In this document: positions 32,346 to 42,107 of the stretch, in pieces
Layout of the letters: each line of letters opens with the position of its first letter
Numbering within the stretch: position 1 is the first letter of the stretch
NCBI GenBank assembly: GCA_046052125.1
Contig: JBJOMY010000001.1
Coordinates: forward strand, 416,001-480,000
Direction of reading: 5' to 3'
Length of the DNA stretch: 64,000 bases
Source of the DNA: Cyanobacteriota bacterium
GTDB lineage: Bacteria > Cyanobacteriota > Cyanobacteriia > PCC-6307 > Cyanobiaceae
Translations under genes and position numbers: made by a program
Notes under the pieces: model-generated
The model's database searches: none
What the model saw: only the letters and a program-made list of their open reading frames with translations
What the model was told of the DNA's origin: nothing

Positions 32346-34688
32346 GTGACCCTGTCAGTACCTGGACCCAGCACCACCACCGTGAGCACTGCGCTCAAGG
32401 GCCCCAGACCTGACTTCCCGGCCACTGCCCCCGCGGCGAATCCCGTCTTCTACCGCACCTATTCGCGCAAAACCGCCAGCGGCCGCGAGAGCTGGCAGCA
32501 AGTGGCCGAGCGCAACCTTGAGGGCCTCCGCCAACTCGGCAACCTCAATCAACAGGAGGTGGATCTGCTGCGCCGCATGCAGCTCGAGCAGAAGGCCCTG
32601 CCCTCCGGCCGCTGGCTCTGGATCGGCGGCACCCCCTGGATTGAGCAGCAGCACAACTTCTCAGGCGCTTACAACTGCACCTCCACCAATCTGGTGGACT
32701 GGGAAGCCTTCGGTCTGATGATGGACCTGGCGATGATGGGCTGCGGCACCGGCGCCATCATTGAACCCAGGCTGATCAGCCGGCTGCCAGTGGTGCGCAA
32801 CCGCCTGGCGATCCAGGCCGTGACCGACATCGGCGCAACGCCCGCTGGCCAGCGGCAGGAACACACCACGCACCGCATCGACGGTCAACAGGTGTTCATC
32901 AAGGTGGGCGATACCCGCCGCGGCTGGGTGGACAGCTACCAGCTGCTACTCGAGCTCTGCAGCGATGAGCGTTTCGACGCCAGCACCCCGATCGAGATCA
33001 GCGTGGATCTCTCGGATGTGCGCCCCGTGGGCGAAACCCTCAAGGGTTTTGGCGGCATGGCCAACCCGGTGAAGCTGAAGGATCTCTACGCCCGTGTGGC
33101 TCAGATCCTGGGCAAGGCCTGCGGCCGCCAGCTCACCTCGGTGGAGTGCTGCCTGCTGATCGATGAGGCCGCCGTGACGATCGTGGCCGGCAACATCCGC
33201 CGCAGCGCCGGCATGCGCCAGTTCGCCGCCGAGGATCTCTCCGCCGCCGGCGCCAAGGAGAACCTCTGGCAGCAGGACAGCGACGGCAATTGGCGCATCG
33301 ACCCGGAGCGCGATGCGCTGCGGATGGCCAACCACACCCGTGTGTTCCACACCCGCCCCGATCGGGCCACGGTGCTCGAGGCCGTGACCAAGCAGTTCCA
33401 TTCCGGTGAAGGCGCCATCCAGTTCGCGCCCGAAGCGATCGCCCGCTCCAACGCTGATCTGCTGAGCACGCCGGAACTGCGCGCCGAATTCATCGAGATT
33501 TACTGCGATCAGGGCCGTGAGGAAGCCGGCCGCTGGCTCACCACCCACCACCCCGAGATCAGCGCTGCCGAGCTGGAGCACCGCCTCGGCCGCTACGGCC
33601 TCAACCCCTGCGGCGAGATCCTGGGCGCCGACTTCCACTGCAACCTGGCGGAGATCCACCTCAACCGGATCGATCCCGACGATCACATCGCCCAGGAAGA
33701 AGCCTTCACCGCCGGCGGCCTGGCGGTGGCCTGCCTGCTCAACCACCGCTTTGAGGTGGAGCGCTACCGCCAGAGCCGCGCCTGGGATCCGATCGTGGGC
33801 GTGAGCTTCACCGGCCTGTTCGACTTCTTCGTGCACGCCTTCGGCACCCCTTGGCTCAAGTGGTGGGAAGCAGGCCGGCCTGAAACCGAGGAAGGCCGCG
33901 CCTTCAAGGCCAAGGAAGCGGAGTATCTGAGCCGCTGGAAGCAGATCGTGAACAAGGCGGTGTGGGAGTACTGCGATCGCCACGGCCTGCGCCGCCCCAA
34001 CCGCTGCACCACCGTGCAGCCCGCCGGCACCAAGAGCCTGCTCACCGGCGCTTCCCCCGGCTGGCACCCCCCCAAGGCCCAGCGCTTCATCCGCCGCATC
34101 ACCTTCCGCAAGAACGATCCGGTGGCGCTGGCCTGCATGGACTACGGCTACACCATCGTGCCGTCGCAGAGCGATAAGGACGAACAGGGCCGCCTGCTCA
34201 ACGATCCCTTCGATCCCCGCTGCACCGAATGGCTCGTGGAGATCCCCACGGAAGTGAGCTGGGCCAACATCCCGGGCGCCGATGCCGTGGAGATCAACAA
34301 CTTCTCCGCCATGGCGCAGTTCGACTTCTACATGCAGGTGCAGCAGCACTACACGGCCCACAACACCTCGGCCACCGTGGAGTTCCGCGAGCACGAGGTG
34401 GAGCCGCTCGCCGATGCGATCTATCAAGCGATCGAGCAGGGCCAGGGGTACATCTCCGCTGCGCTGCTGGCCCGCTTCGATGCGAACGCCACCTTCCCGC
34501 GGCTGCCGTTCGAGCCGATCGATCACGCCACCTACGAGCAACTCCAGAGCGAGGTGGTCACCCGCCGCAGCACCAGCGACTTCTTTGAAGCGCTGCAGCG
34601 CTACGACGGCGGTGAGCTGATGGAGGCTGGTCCTGCCGGCTGCGATTCCGACAAGTGCCTGCTGCCATTGGCCAAGCCGGAGAACTGA
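32346..34688 (+). CDS. nrdJ: Class II (adenosylcobalamin-dependent) ribonucleotide reductase
   Basis: RTYSR, PSGR, YNC, VAGNIRRSA, NPCGE, TTVQPAGT, C-terminal CDSDKC. Start uncertain. Confidence 0.95.
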   Translation: MTLSVPGPSTTTVSTALKGPRPDFPATAPAANPVFYRTYSRKTASGRESWQQVAERNLEGLRQLGNLNQQEVDLLRRMQLEQKALPSGRWLWIGGTPWIEQQHNFSGAYNCTSTNLVDWEAFGLMMDLAMMGCGTGAIIEPRLISRLPVVRNRLAIQAVTDIGATPAGQRQEHTTHRIDGQQVFIKVGDTRRGWVDSYQLLLELCSDERFDASTPIEISVDLSDVRPVGETLKGFGGMANPVKLKDLYARVAQILGKACGRQLTSVECCLLIDEAAVTIVAGNIRRSAGMRQFAAEDLSAAGAKENLWQQDSDGNWRIDPERDALRMANHTRVFHTRPDRATVLEAVTKQFHSGEGAIQFAPEAIARSNADLLSTPELRAEFIEIYCDQGREEAGRWLTTHHPEISAAELEHRLGRYGLNPCGEILGADFHCNLAEIHLNRIDPDDHIAQEEAFTAGGLAVACLLNHRFEVERYRQSRAWDPIVGVSFTGLFDFFVHAFGTPWLKWWEAGRPETEEGRAFKAKEAEYLSRWKQIVNKAVWEYCDRHGLRRPNRCTTVQPAGTKSLLTGASPGWHPPKAQRFIRRITFRKNDPVALACMDYGYTIVPSQSDKDEQGRLLNDPFDPRCTEWLVEIPTEVSWANIPGADAVEINNFSAMAQFDFYMQVQQHYTAHNTSATVEFREHEVEPLADAIYQAIEQGQGYISAALLARFDANATFPRLPFEPIDHATYEQLQSEVVTRRSTSDFFEALQRYDGGELMEAGPAGCDSDKCLLPLAKPEN

Positions 34689-34696
34689 AGCGATTG

Positions 34697-35038
34697 ATGG
34701 GATCGCTGATCCGCCTGGGGCCGGCCATGCTGCTGGCCCTGCAGCTCCCGATCACGGCCGCCGAGCCGCCCCAAAGCGGCCCGGCACTAACTGCGTTCAG
34801 CGCTCTAAACCGTTGCAGCAGTTCCCGCCAGCAGCAAGCCTGCCTGGAGGCCGAGTCGGCTCTGAAATCCCTGATCCAGCAGCAGGAAGCGGAGGATCAG
34901 CGACGCCAACACCCGCGCTGCCTGGGAGCACTCACCCACGTGGAAACCGTGCTGGCCACGTTCCGCTGGGGCTTCAACACCAACACCAACCTCCAGCGGG
35001 TGGTTGATGCCGCTTCAGCGCAGTGCCCACCGCTCTGA
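34697..35038 (+). CDS. Exported hypothetical protein
   Basis: Signal-peptide-like N-terminus and four Cys. Confidence 0.6.
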   Translation: MGSLIRLGPAMLLALQLPITAAEPPQSGPALTAFSALNRCSSSRQQQACLEAESALKSLIQQQEAEDQRRQHPRCLGALTHVETVLATFRWGFNTNTNLQRVVDAASAQCPPL

Positions 35039-35041
35039 AAG

Positions 35042-36097
35042 TCAGCTCAGCTGCCGGCGAATCACCGCCTGGAGCTGCTGCCATCGGGGCGCGAACAATG
35101 CCCTGAGCTGGTCGTCGTAAGCCACAGAGCCCTCAGCCACGGATGATGACTGCAAAACGCAGTTAGCGGCCAGCAGACCACTTTCGGCTGCGTGGTCGAT
35201 GCCGTGGCCGAGAAGAGGATCAATCAGAGAGGCAGCGTCACCGAGAAGCAACACACCTGGTGCGGGCGATCCCACCAACCGTTCCGGGGGAGGCAGCAGC
35301 GGGCAAGCCCTGGCCACCCCAGTGCGGCCAAACCATTGCCTGGCCAGATGCGCCGCGGGCGGGCCGGCGGCGCATCTGGCAGCCAATGGATGGAACACTC
35401 CCATATTGCGCTGCTCCCCCAGCTGAAAAGACCAGCGATAGAGCAATGACTGCGGCTGCGGATAGATCAGCTCGGACGGCTGACTGCCGTTGGCAGGATC
35501 GGACAGAACCCTCACGCCGACGCCGAGATCGTCAAGATGATGCGAGCCCAGCATCTGCTGACGAACCCGAGAGCCGGCTCCATCGGCAGCCAACACCCAA
35601 CTGGCCTGCAGCTCCCAGCCGCGGAACCCTCCCGTGGGATCAGGCCGCCGGCCGCTCAGGCACCAACCGCCCGCTGGATCAGGACGGAGCTGGGTCAGCT
35701 GCCAGCCCTGACGGACCGACAGACCTTGCTGGCAAAGCTGATCCACCAGCAGAGCATCGAACAAACGCCGTGGCAGCGCCTCGGCGATCGGCGTGAGCGA
35801 AAGGCTGCCAGACTCGGTGGAACGCCAGGCCTGGGGACGCTGGCGAGCCAGACGATCGAACACCACACTGCCCCGGGTTAGCAGAGCACTGCGCTTGAGA
35901 AGCGGACCCCAGCTGGGCTGAAAACCTGCCTGCCGCAAAAGGGGAAAGGTCCGGGGCGGCAGTAGATCACCGCAGATTTTGTCTCGGGGAAAGCAGGCGC
36001 GATCGAGCAAAACCACGGCCACCCCTGCCCGATGCAGCCCCATCGCCGCCGTGGCGCCCGCCGGACCAGCCCCAACAACAACGACCGGCCCACCCAT
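35042..36097 (-). CDS. FAD-dependent oxidoreductase, geranylgeranyl reductase family
   Basis: GAGPAG, FPRDKICGD, AADGAGS, LLGDAASLIDP. Confidence 0.82.
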   Translation of the reverse strand: MGGPVVVVGAGPAGATAAMGLHRAGVAVVLLDRACFPRDKICGDLLPPRTFPLLRQAGFQPSWGPLLKRSALLTRGSVVFDRLARQRPQAWRSTESGSLSLTPIAEALPRRLFDALLVDQLCQQGLSVRQGWQLTQLRPDPAGGWCLSGRRPDPTGGFRGWELQASWVLAADGAGSRVRQQMLGSHHLDDLGVGVRVLSDPANGSQPSELIYPQPQSLLYRWSFQLGEQRNMGVFHPLAARCAAGPPAAHLARQWFGRTGVARACPLLPPPERLVGSPAPGVLLLGDAASLIDPLLGHGIDHAAESGLLAANCVLQSSSVAEGSVAYDDQLRALFAPRWQQLQAVIRRQLS

Positions 36098-36392
36098 CGC
36101 GTTCAGACCGCGCCGAGAAACTCCAGGGCCGTGGCTAGTTGCTCGAGGAGCTCGCAACAGCGTTCGTACTGAATCTCAGGAGCGAGGCTCACAGGGAGGG
36201 TTTCAATCATGTCGGCCAGCTCACGAGTTCGCACGGCCAACAGATCAGTGCAGAGAACAGACATCATCCCCGCGACCCTGGGTCGCCCAACGCGCTATTC
36301 CAACCTTGAATCCCAGTCTCACGAGTCCACTCCGAGATTAACCATGCTGTGGCGGCGCGTGGGAACATAGGTACAGCCTGAGGGCTACACCT

Positions 36393-36477
36393 GGAGAGGT
36401 GGTCGAGTGGTTGATGGCTCCGGTCTTGAAAACCGGCGAAGTGAAAGCTTCCGTGGGTTCGAATCCCACCCTCTCCG
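36393..36477 (+). tRNA. tRNA-Ser(UGA)
   Basis: GGAGAGG/CCTCTCC acceptor stem, CCGGT-CTTGAAA-ACCGG anticodon arm, long variable arm, GGTTCGAATCC T-arm; CCA not encoded. Confidence 0.97.
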
Positions 36478-36626
36478 TTTCTCAAGCCCCTGAATCCAGG
36501 CCCGCGGGGCCCGGCAGCAGGGGTGTTGGATTCCAGAAACTTTTAACAAGCGCGCTGCCGATTGCAGCGATCGACACACCGCCGCTGTCCATGCGGCAGT
36601 TGCATGGGCGCAGCCAACATCGATGG

Positions 36627-36827
36627 ATGGCCTACGAACCCGGAACCACGCACTGCCGCGTGCTGATCGACAGCAAGGAGCAGATCGAGGCCATGCTGCT
36701 CAGCCTCGCCAAGCTCGAGCACACCGAGCACATTCGCCAACAGCTCGTGGCCGTGCACAACCAACTGGAAGGGCTGCATGAACTGCAGCGCAAGCGGCGC
36801 AGCGCCGGCGCCCTCGCCGCAGCCTGA
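36627..36827 (+). CDS. Small hypothetical protein (66 aa)
   Basis: MAYEPGTTHCRVLIDSKEQIE..HNQLEGLH; host-like codon usage. Confidence 0.7.
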   Translation: MAYEPGTTHCRVLIDSKEQIEAMLLSLAKLEHTEHIRQQLVAVHNQLEGLHELQRKRRSAGALAAA

Positions 36828-36890
36828 ACCGCAACCGCTCGCTGTGATTGCCGCGCAGGCGCCTTAGCCTGTCGCCGCGATCACAGCCCG

Positions 36891-37007
36891 ATGATTTTCG
36901 ACAACGACAAGCGGCCCGGCTGGCTGAACTGGCTGTTTCTGGCGATCTTCCTGTGGAGTTCCTGGCAGCTCGCCGGGATGTGGTTCTCCCAGCTCCATCA
37001 GGGGTAG
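36891..37007 (+). CDS. 38-aa Trp-rich membrane micropeptide
   Basis: Read manually: MIFDNDKRPGWLNWLFLAIFLWSSWQLAGMWFSQLHQG*. Confidence 0.6.
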   Translation: MIFDNDKRPGWLNWLFLAIFLWSSWQLAGMWFSQLHQG

Positions 37008-37843
37008 CGATTCGGCACAAAGAACTGCTCGTTGATCGGCGGCCGCTCATAGCCCTTGGCGCTGCGGCGGGGTGAGAGCTTCTGGGCCGGGGGAGTCATG
37101 TCTTCGTAGGGCACTTTGCTGAGCAGGTGCTGAATGCAGTTGAGGCGGGCGCGGCGCTTGTCGTCGGCCTGCACCGTGAACCACGGGGCCTCAGGGATGT
37201 TGGTGTGGGCGAACATCTCATCCTTCGCCTTCGAAAATTCCACCCAGCGATCGCGTGATTGCAGATCCATCGGGCTGAGCTTCCAGCGGCGGGCAGGATC
37301 ATCAATCCGGGCCTGAAAGCGAGCCTCCTGCTCCTCATCACTCACCGAAAACCAATACTTCAACAGCACGATTCCCGATCGCACCAGCATCCGCTCGAAC
37401 TCCGGACAGGACTGTTCAAATTCGCGCAGCTGGGCCTCCGTGCAGAAGCCCATCACCCGCTCCACACCGGCGCGGTTGTACCAACTTCGATCGAAGAGCA
37501 CGATTTCGCCGGCCGTGGGGAAATGCTCCACGTAGCGCTGGAAATACCACTGCCCGCGCTGTTGATCACTAGGGGTTCCCAGGGCCACCACCCGGCATCC
37601 ACGCGGGTTGAGCGGTTCGGTGATGCGTTTGATCGTGCCGCCTTTGCCGGCTGCATCACGGCCTTCGAACAGCACGATTAAGCGAAAGCCGGTGGCCTTC
37701 ACCCAGTACTGCATCTTCACCAGCTCCACCTGAAGCCGGGCTAGCTCCTGCTCATACAGCTTGCGATCCAGCCGCTCTAGCTGAGCGAGAGGGGCAGGGC
37801 TCGAGGCGACGTCGTGCTTGTGCTTGTGCTTGGCCATCGGCAC
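36998..37843 (-). CDS. ppk2: Polyphosphate kinase 2
   Basis: FEGRDAAGKGG, FDRSWYNR, WKLSPMD. Confidence 0.95.
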   Translation of the reverse strand: MPMAKHKHKHDVASSPAPLAQLERLDRKLYEQELARLQVELVKMQYWVKATGFRLIVLFEGRDAAGKGGTIKRITEPLNPRGCRVVALGTPSDQQRGQWYFQRYVEHFPTAGEIVLFDRSWYNRAGVERVMGFCTEAQLREFEQSCPEFERMLVRSGIVLLKYWFSVSDEEQEARFQARIDDPARRWKLSPMDLQSRDRWVEFSKAKDEMFAHTNIPEAPWFTVQADDKRRARLNCIQHLLSKVPYEDMTPPAQKLSPRRSAKGYERPPINEQFFVPNRYP

Positions 37844-38263
37844 TCAGCGGCGGGGGCGAGGGGATCGGCTGGCCGGCTTCAGGGAAGGTTTGGCGGTAGC
37901 CGGCGTGAACAGCGCACGCACCAAGCGAACCAAACCGGCCACCAGCAGCAACAGCGCCAACAGGGCCAGCGCCACCAGCACCAGCACCGCCAGGAGCTGC
38001 AGCACCCCCATCAACAGCTGCGACAGGCCACCGATCAAATGACCGATCGCCGTGCTGACCAACAACAGGCTGTCGAGATCGATCAGCTCAGGCAACTGAA
38101 GAAGCAGCACGAGCAGACCAACCCCGCCGGCCATCAGCAGCATCGCCTCGAGGATCTGGCGCGAGCGGGGCGGGCGCCGGCGCTGGCGGAATACCGCGCG
38201 CTCAGCCGGTGCAGGTTGGCCGCGGCCACCACTCAGCACCTGCAGCCCGCGGCGACGGCTCAT
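37844..38263 (-). CDS. Hypothetical membrane protein
   Basis: Basic N-terminus and long hydrophobic stretches; operon-like packing. Confidence 0.65.
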   Translation of the reverse strand: MSRRRGLQVLSGGRGQPAPAERAVFRQRRRPPRSRQILEAMLLMAGGVGLLVLLLQLPELIDLDSLLLVSTAIGHLIGGLSQLLMGVLQLLAVLVLVALALLALLLLVAGLVRLVRALFTPATAKPSLKPASRSPRPRR

Positions 38264-38508
38264 GAATCCAGCTGGTGGCCGGCGCCGCGCATCCAGCGCT
38301 CAAACTCCACCAACACCAGTTCGTTGGGGCAGTCGACCAGGCTGAGATCACCCACGCTGCAATCCCCCTGGCCGCCGTGGTGCAGGGAGAGGTGAAAACC
38401 ATTGCCGCTGAGGCCGCACACCTCCGGATCACTGCGCACCACCACATCGAGGCAGGCGCCAAGGCGGGTCACACGGCGGCGCAACTCAGACCAGCTCAAG
38501 ACGCTCAT
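38260..38508 (-). CDS. Small hypothetical protein
   Basis: 82-aa ORF with a 4-nt overlap with the downstream gene. Confidence 0.65.
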   Translation of the reverse strand: MSVLSWSELRRRVTRLGACLDVVVRSDPEVCGLSGNGFHLSLHHGGQGDCSVGDLSLVDCPNELVLVEFERWMRGAGHQLDS

Positions 38509-38544
38509 GGCGGTAGTGCAAGTGTGGTGGGGAATGCGGTGGCG

Positions 38545-39141
38545 TCAACCACCTCGCGCGGGGGTGCTCACCGCTGCTGGAGCAGGGCCGACAGGCTTCG
38601 GTGTGGGGATCAGCGACACCAGAGCGCCCGCCACCAACAAGGCCGCCACGCCACTGAGCGGAGCCGCCAGCCGGCGGGCCAGAGGCAGACGATCACGCAG
38701 TTCCGAACGGCGCAGGGGCTGGGATTCGGGCCAAATGAGGGGAACAGCCACCTGGGGATCGAGCTGAAGGCGATCGAGGCAGCGCACCAGATCGGCCAGC
38801 TCGGCATCGTCGAGGGGCAGCTGCAGCGGCGGGGTGTTGGGCTGGCTGCTGCGCAGCTCCAGCTCATGGCCGTCCTGGGCCGGGCGGATCGCCACGGGAG
38901 CATCGCCGGCACCCATCGGTTTCGACACGCCGCTCAACAGCTGGCGGGCGTAGGGCAGCACCACCGTGAGCAGCGCCTGCAGGTGATCCCGCTGGCCCTC
39001 CATCTCGGTTTTGCCGGCGAGCGCCAGGCTGAAGCCGGTGAGGATGCCGATGGTCTGGCTGCTCTGGCCGGCGGAGAGATCGGGCAGACCCTCCAGCACG
39101 AGCCGGCAGCTGGTTTGTTCGTAGCGGCTGGTGAGTTTCAT
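38545..39141 (-). CDS. DUF4335-like protein
   Basis: YEQTSCRLVLEGLPD..EGQRDHL..ELADLVRCLD. Confidence 0.8.
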   Translation of the reverse strand: MKLTSRYEQTSCRLVLEGLPDLSAGQSSQTIGILTGFSLALAGKTEMEGQRDHLQALLTVVLPYARQLLSGVSKPMGAGDAPVAIRPAQDGHELELRSSQPNTPPLQLPLDDAELADLVRCLDRLQLDPQVAVPLIWPESQPLRRSELRDRLPLARRLAAPLSGVAALLVAGALVSLIPTPKPVGPAPAAVSTPARGG

Positions 39142-39164
39142 CGCAGGGTCTCGTGGGCTGCGGA

Positions 39165-39701
39165 TCAGGCCGCTGCATCCATCAGGCTGGCCTTGAGCCG
39201 GGCGAACCCGCCCGGACCAGCACTGAGGGCCATGGTTTGAATTAGTTCGCGGCAGAGCTCAGGGCCCTGCTGCGGATCGAGCAGGCGCTGCACACCGCCA
39301 CGGCGGGGGTTGAAGCGCTCCTGTAACAGGTCCTGCAGGCGCGAGCGGAACAGCGCCCAGCGCTGCTCACTGAGCTGGGGAGGCTCCGCCGAGGAGAGCA
39401 GGCTGCGCAGCATCGGATAGAGGCGATCCGCCAGGGCATTGAGGATGCGGATCAGCCCATCGGCTTCGGCTTCGCTCAACAACTCCCGGCGGGTGGTGCG
39501 GCGCAGGGGATTACTGCAGCGGCGTTTCCAGAGCTCCACCCGATTGGGAAACAGATCGGTGAGCCCCATCTCTTCGCTGAGCCACACCATCGCCTCGCCT
39601 CCATTGAGATCGAGGGCTTCGGCGCACAGCAGCAGCAGATCAAGCCGCTCCAAACCCCGCCGGGAGAGAACGCGCTGGGGGTGCGAAGGAGCATCGGCCA
39701 T
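39165..39701 (-). CDS. DUF3038-like protein
   Basis: [27 protein letters not shown]. Confidence 0.82.
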   Translation of the reverse strand: MADAPSHPQRVLSRRGLERLDLLLLCAEALDLNGGEAMVWLSEEMGLTDLFPNRVELWKRRCSNPLRRTTRRELLSEAEADGLIRILNALADRLYPMLRSLLSSAEPPQLSEQRWALFRSRLQDLLQERFNPRRGGVQRLLDPQQGPELCRELIQTMALSAGPGGFARLKASLMDAAA

Positions 39702-39740
39702 GGCTGCGATACTGCCAGCTGCGCAGCCAATCCGTCGACC

Positions 39741-40265
39741 ATGAGCGCCATTGATCTGCGCCAGCTGGTGCGGGACATCCCCGACTTCCCCAAGCCGGGC
39801 ATCCTGTTCCGTGACATCACACCGCTGATGCGCAGCCCTCTGGCCTGGCAGGAGGTGATGCGTCAAATGGCTGCCGTGTGTGAGCGGCTCGAGCCCGATC
39901 TGATCGTGGGGATCGAATCGCGGGGCTTCATCGTGGGCACCGCCCTGGCCACCGCCTGCAACATCGGCTTCAGCCCCGTGCGCAAGCCGGGCAAGCTGCC
40001 CGGCGAGGTGATCGGTGTGGACTACAGCCTCGAATACGGCACCGATCGCCTCGAGATCATTCCCGACGGGTTCGAACAGCGCCCGCGTGTGTTGATCGTG
40101 GACGACCTGCTGGCCACCGGCGGCACCGCCGGCGCCTGCGCCGAATTGGTGAGCCGGGTGGGCGGCGAGCTCTGCGGCTTCGCCTTCATCGTGGAGCTGG
40201 CGGATCTGGGCGGCAAAACGAAGCTCCCCGAGGCGGTGCCGGTGGAGTCGCTGATCGTTTATTGA
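39741..40265 (+). CDS. apt: Adenine phosphoribosyltransferase
   Basis: [32 protein letters not shown]. Confidence 0.97.
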   Translation: MSAIDLRQLVRDIPDFPKPGILFRDITPLMRSPLAWQEVMRQMAAVCERLEPDLIVGIESRGFIVGTALATACNIGFSPVRKPGKLPGEVIGVDYSLEYGTDRLEIIPDGFEQRPRVLIVDDLLATGGTAGACAELVSRVGGELCGFAFIVELADLGGKTKLPEAVPVESLIVY

Positions 40266-40277
40266 GCAACGCGATCG

Positions 40278-40490
40278 CTACTCGAGGCTGGCTTGCCAGC
40301 TGAGCACCTGATCGAACTGCTCCAGGCTGATCAAGCCAAAGCGCCAGAGCACTACAGGCAAAGGCGCCTGCTCCTGCTCCGATTGCTTCAGGCCCAACTG
40401 CAAGGCGTTGTCGCTCAACGCCAGCTCCTGGCGCAGATAGCGGAGCAGCGCGGCCTGAGGTGCTGGCTGGGGCGAGGTACTGATCACCAT
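40278..40490 (-). CDS. DUF2949-like protein
   Basis: PLPVVLWRFGLISLEQFDQVLSW. Confidence 0.8.
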   Translation of the reverse strand: MVISTSPQPAPQAALLRYLRQELALSDNALQLGLKQSEQEQAPLPVVLWRFGLISLEQFDQVLSWQASLE

Positions 40491-40503
40491 GGCGCCATGC
40501 TGA

Positions 40504-41685
40504 TCAGGGCCAGCGCAGCCGGCAAGGTCCGTCACTCATGGCACTGAGGCTCACGGCTCGCACCCAGGCCGAGCGCTCCAACAGCAGCATGGCCAACCGG
40601 CGCAGCGGCAACAGCAACGGCTGGCGGTTGGAGAACACCCGCACCAGAGCATCGGTGGCCAGCAGCACCAGGCCGATATCGAGCCAGCGCCGGCGCGCAT
40701 AACGGCCGGGCAGCTGCCGAAGGCGCAACGAGCCTGCCTGCACCTGGCCGGCCAGCACCTGCAGGGCGGCCACATCTCGCCAGCAGAGATTGAGGCCCTG
40801 ACCGCCCACCGGATGGGAGCGGTGGGCGGCTTCCCCCATCAGCACCAACTGGCGGCGGCGCAGCGGCCAGGCCCACTCGATCGCCACGGGGAAGGCGCGG
40901 GGTTGATCAAGCAACACCTCCGCCTGCAACGGCTCGGGCAGCGCTGCGCTCAAGGCATCCAAAAAGGCCACAGGATCCAGGCTCTCCAGCTGCCGCAGGC
41001 GCTGCATCGGCGCGCTCCACACCAGCTGAAACGCATCACCACCCAGGGGCAACACCGCAAACGGCCCTTCAGGGCGGAACAACTCCCAGGCTTGATCGGG
41101 CTTGGAGCCGCGCAGGCGCACCTGCACCGTGAGGCATCCCTGCCGGTAAGCACGCCGCCACTGCCTCAGCCCCGCCGCCGTGCGCCGCGGTGAATGGTGA
41201 CCATCGGCGGCCACCTCCAGATCCACTGGGCTTGTGGCGGCGCAGCTCGCCGGATCCCCCAGGCTGAGGCTCACACCGCTTTGCTGCTCCAGGGCACGAA
41301 GCAGCAGCTCCATCAAGGGTTGATGCTGCAGGATCCAGCCCACGGCAGCGGTGTCGGCCTGGGGGCGGTGCCCCGGCAGATCCGAAGCGAGAAACGACAC
41401 CTGCCGCCGCAGGGCGCGATCACAGAGCTCCAGCCGGCTGAAGGGCGCCAGATGGGCGCGCAACGGCTGCCAGAGATCCAGGCCGGCCAGCAACTCGGCG
41501 CTGGAATGGGTGAGGGCGTAGGCGCGGCTGCGGTTGAGCAGCCCCTCGCGGGGCTGTGGATCGCAGAGCTCCACTTGCCAGCCGCTGCGGGCTAGGGCCA
41601 GGGCCGCCAGGGCGCCGGTGGGCCCAGCTCCGAACACACGAGCCCGCAGCGCGGCAGCTGGTGGGGCTGGTGGTCGGCTGAGCAT
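40504..41685 (-). CDS. UbiH/COQ6-like FAD-dependent hydroxylase
   Basis: GAGPTG, AADG, GEAAHRSHPVGGQGLNL. Confidence 0.88.
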   Translation of the reverse strand: MLSRPPAPPAAALRARVFGAGPTGALAALALARSGWQVELCDPQPREGLLNRSRAYALTHSSAELLAGLDLWQPLRAHLAPFSRLELCDRALRRQVSFLASDLPGHRPQADTAAVGWILQHQPLMELLLRALEQQSGVSLSLGDPASCAATSPVDLEVAADGHHSPRRTAAGLRQWRRAYRQGCLTVQVRLRGSKPDQAWELFRPEGPFAVLPLGGDAFQLVWSAPMQRLRQLESLDPVAFLDALSAALPEPLQAEVLLDQPRAFPVAIEWAWPLRRRQLVLMGEAAHRSHPVGGQGLNLCWRDVAALQVLAGQVQAGSLRLRQLPGRYARRRWLDIGLVLLATDALVRVFSNRQPLLLPLRRLAMLLLERSAWVRAVSLSAMSDGPCRLRWP

Positions 41686-41697
41686 CGGCAAAGCAAC

Positions 41698-41730
41698 AAA
41701 AAAACCGCAGCACGATTCTGTGCTGCGGTT
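41698..41730 (-). terminator. Intrinsic terminator after hli
   Basis: 11-bp stem AACCGCAGCAC/GTGCTGCGGTT with an adjacent A7 run (U-tail on the minus strand). Confidence 0.85.
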
Positions 41731-41764
41731 GTGTCAGGCGTGAGCCTGTGAGGGGATCGAAGGA

Positions 41765-42010
41765 TCAGCCGATGCCGAGCAGGCCGCGGGTGAAAGCCTC
41801 ACCGCCGAGGGCAAGCTCAGTGGCGAGCAGAGCAATGAAACCAAGCATGGCCATGCGGCCGTTGAGCTTCTCGGCGCGCTCATGGAAGCCCCAGCCGCTC
41901 TCAACGTCCACCACCTGCATGCGGGGCTCAGAAGCAAAGGCGTTGAGGCGGCCGCCGTCTTCCTGGGTAACAGTGGCGCCGCGGATCACGGGGGAGGAGG
42001 CCTGAGTCAT
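41765..42010 (-). CDS. hli: High-light inducible protein
   Basis: RLNAFASEP and AEKLNGRMAMLGF chlorophyll-binding motif. Confidence 0.95.
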   Translation of the reverse strand: MTQASSPVIRGATVTQEDGGRLNAFASEPRMQVVDVESGWGFHERAEKLNGRMAMLGFIALLATELALGGEAFTRGLLGIG

Positions 42011-42033
42011 GACGCTGCCTTGGAACTGATCGA

Positions 42034-42051
42034 AGTGTAACGCAATGTTGC
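42034..42051 (-). promoter_or_regulatory. HLR1-like (RpaB) direct repeat upstream of hli
   Basis: Minus strand GCAACATT-gc-GTTACACT resembles two (G/T)TTACA(T/A)(T/A) units spaced by 2 nt. Confidence 0.55.
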
Positions 42052-42107
42052 GCGTTATTGCACAGCGTTAACGGCTCGGTCTGCTGCGCTGCCTCCTGAG
42101 GCGCAGC

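Noticed and set aside
32946..34541. Long antisense ORFs (e.g. 531 aa opposite nrdJ; also opposite tldD, glnN, cysK)
   Set aside because: Shadow frames typical of high-GC3 coding DNA; no protein motifs.
32230..34688. Intein in nrdJ or an upstream cobalamin riboswitch
   Set aside because: Normal length with no splice-junction motifs; no B12-box recognised in the short leader.
36393..36477. tRNA-Sec, or a tRNA-anchored island
   Set aside because: The anticodon is UGA (reads UCA, Ser), not UCA; no duplicated tRNA 3' end or integrase was seen.
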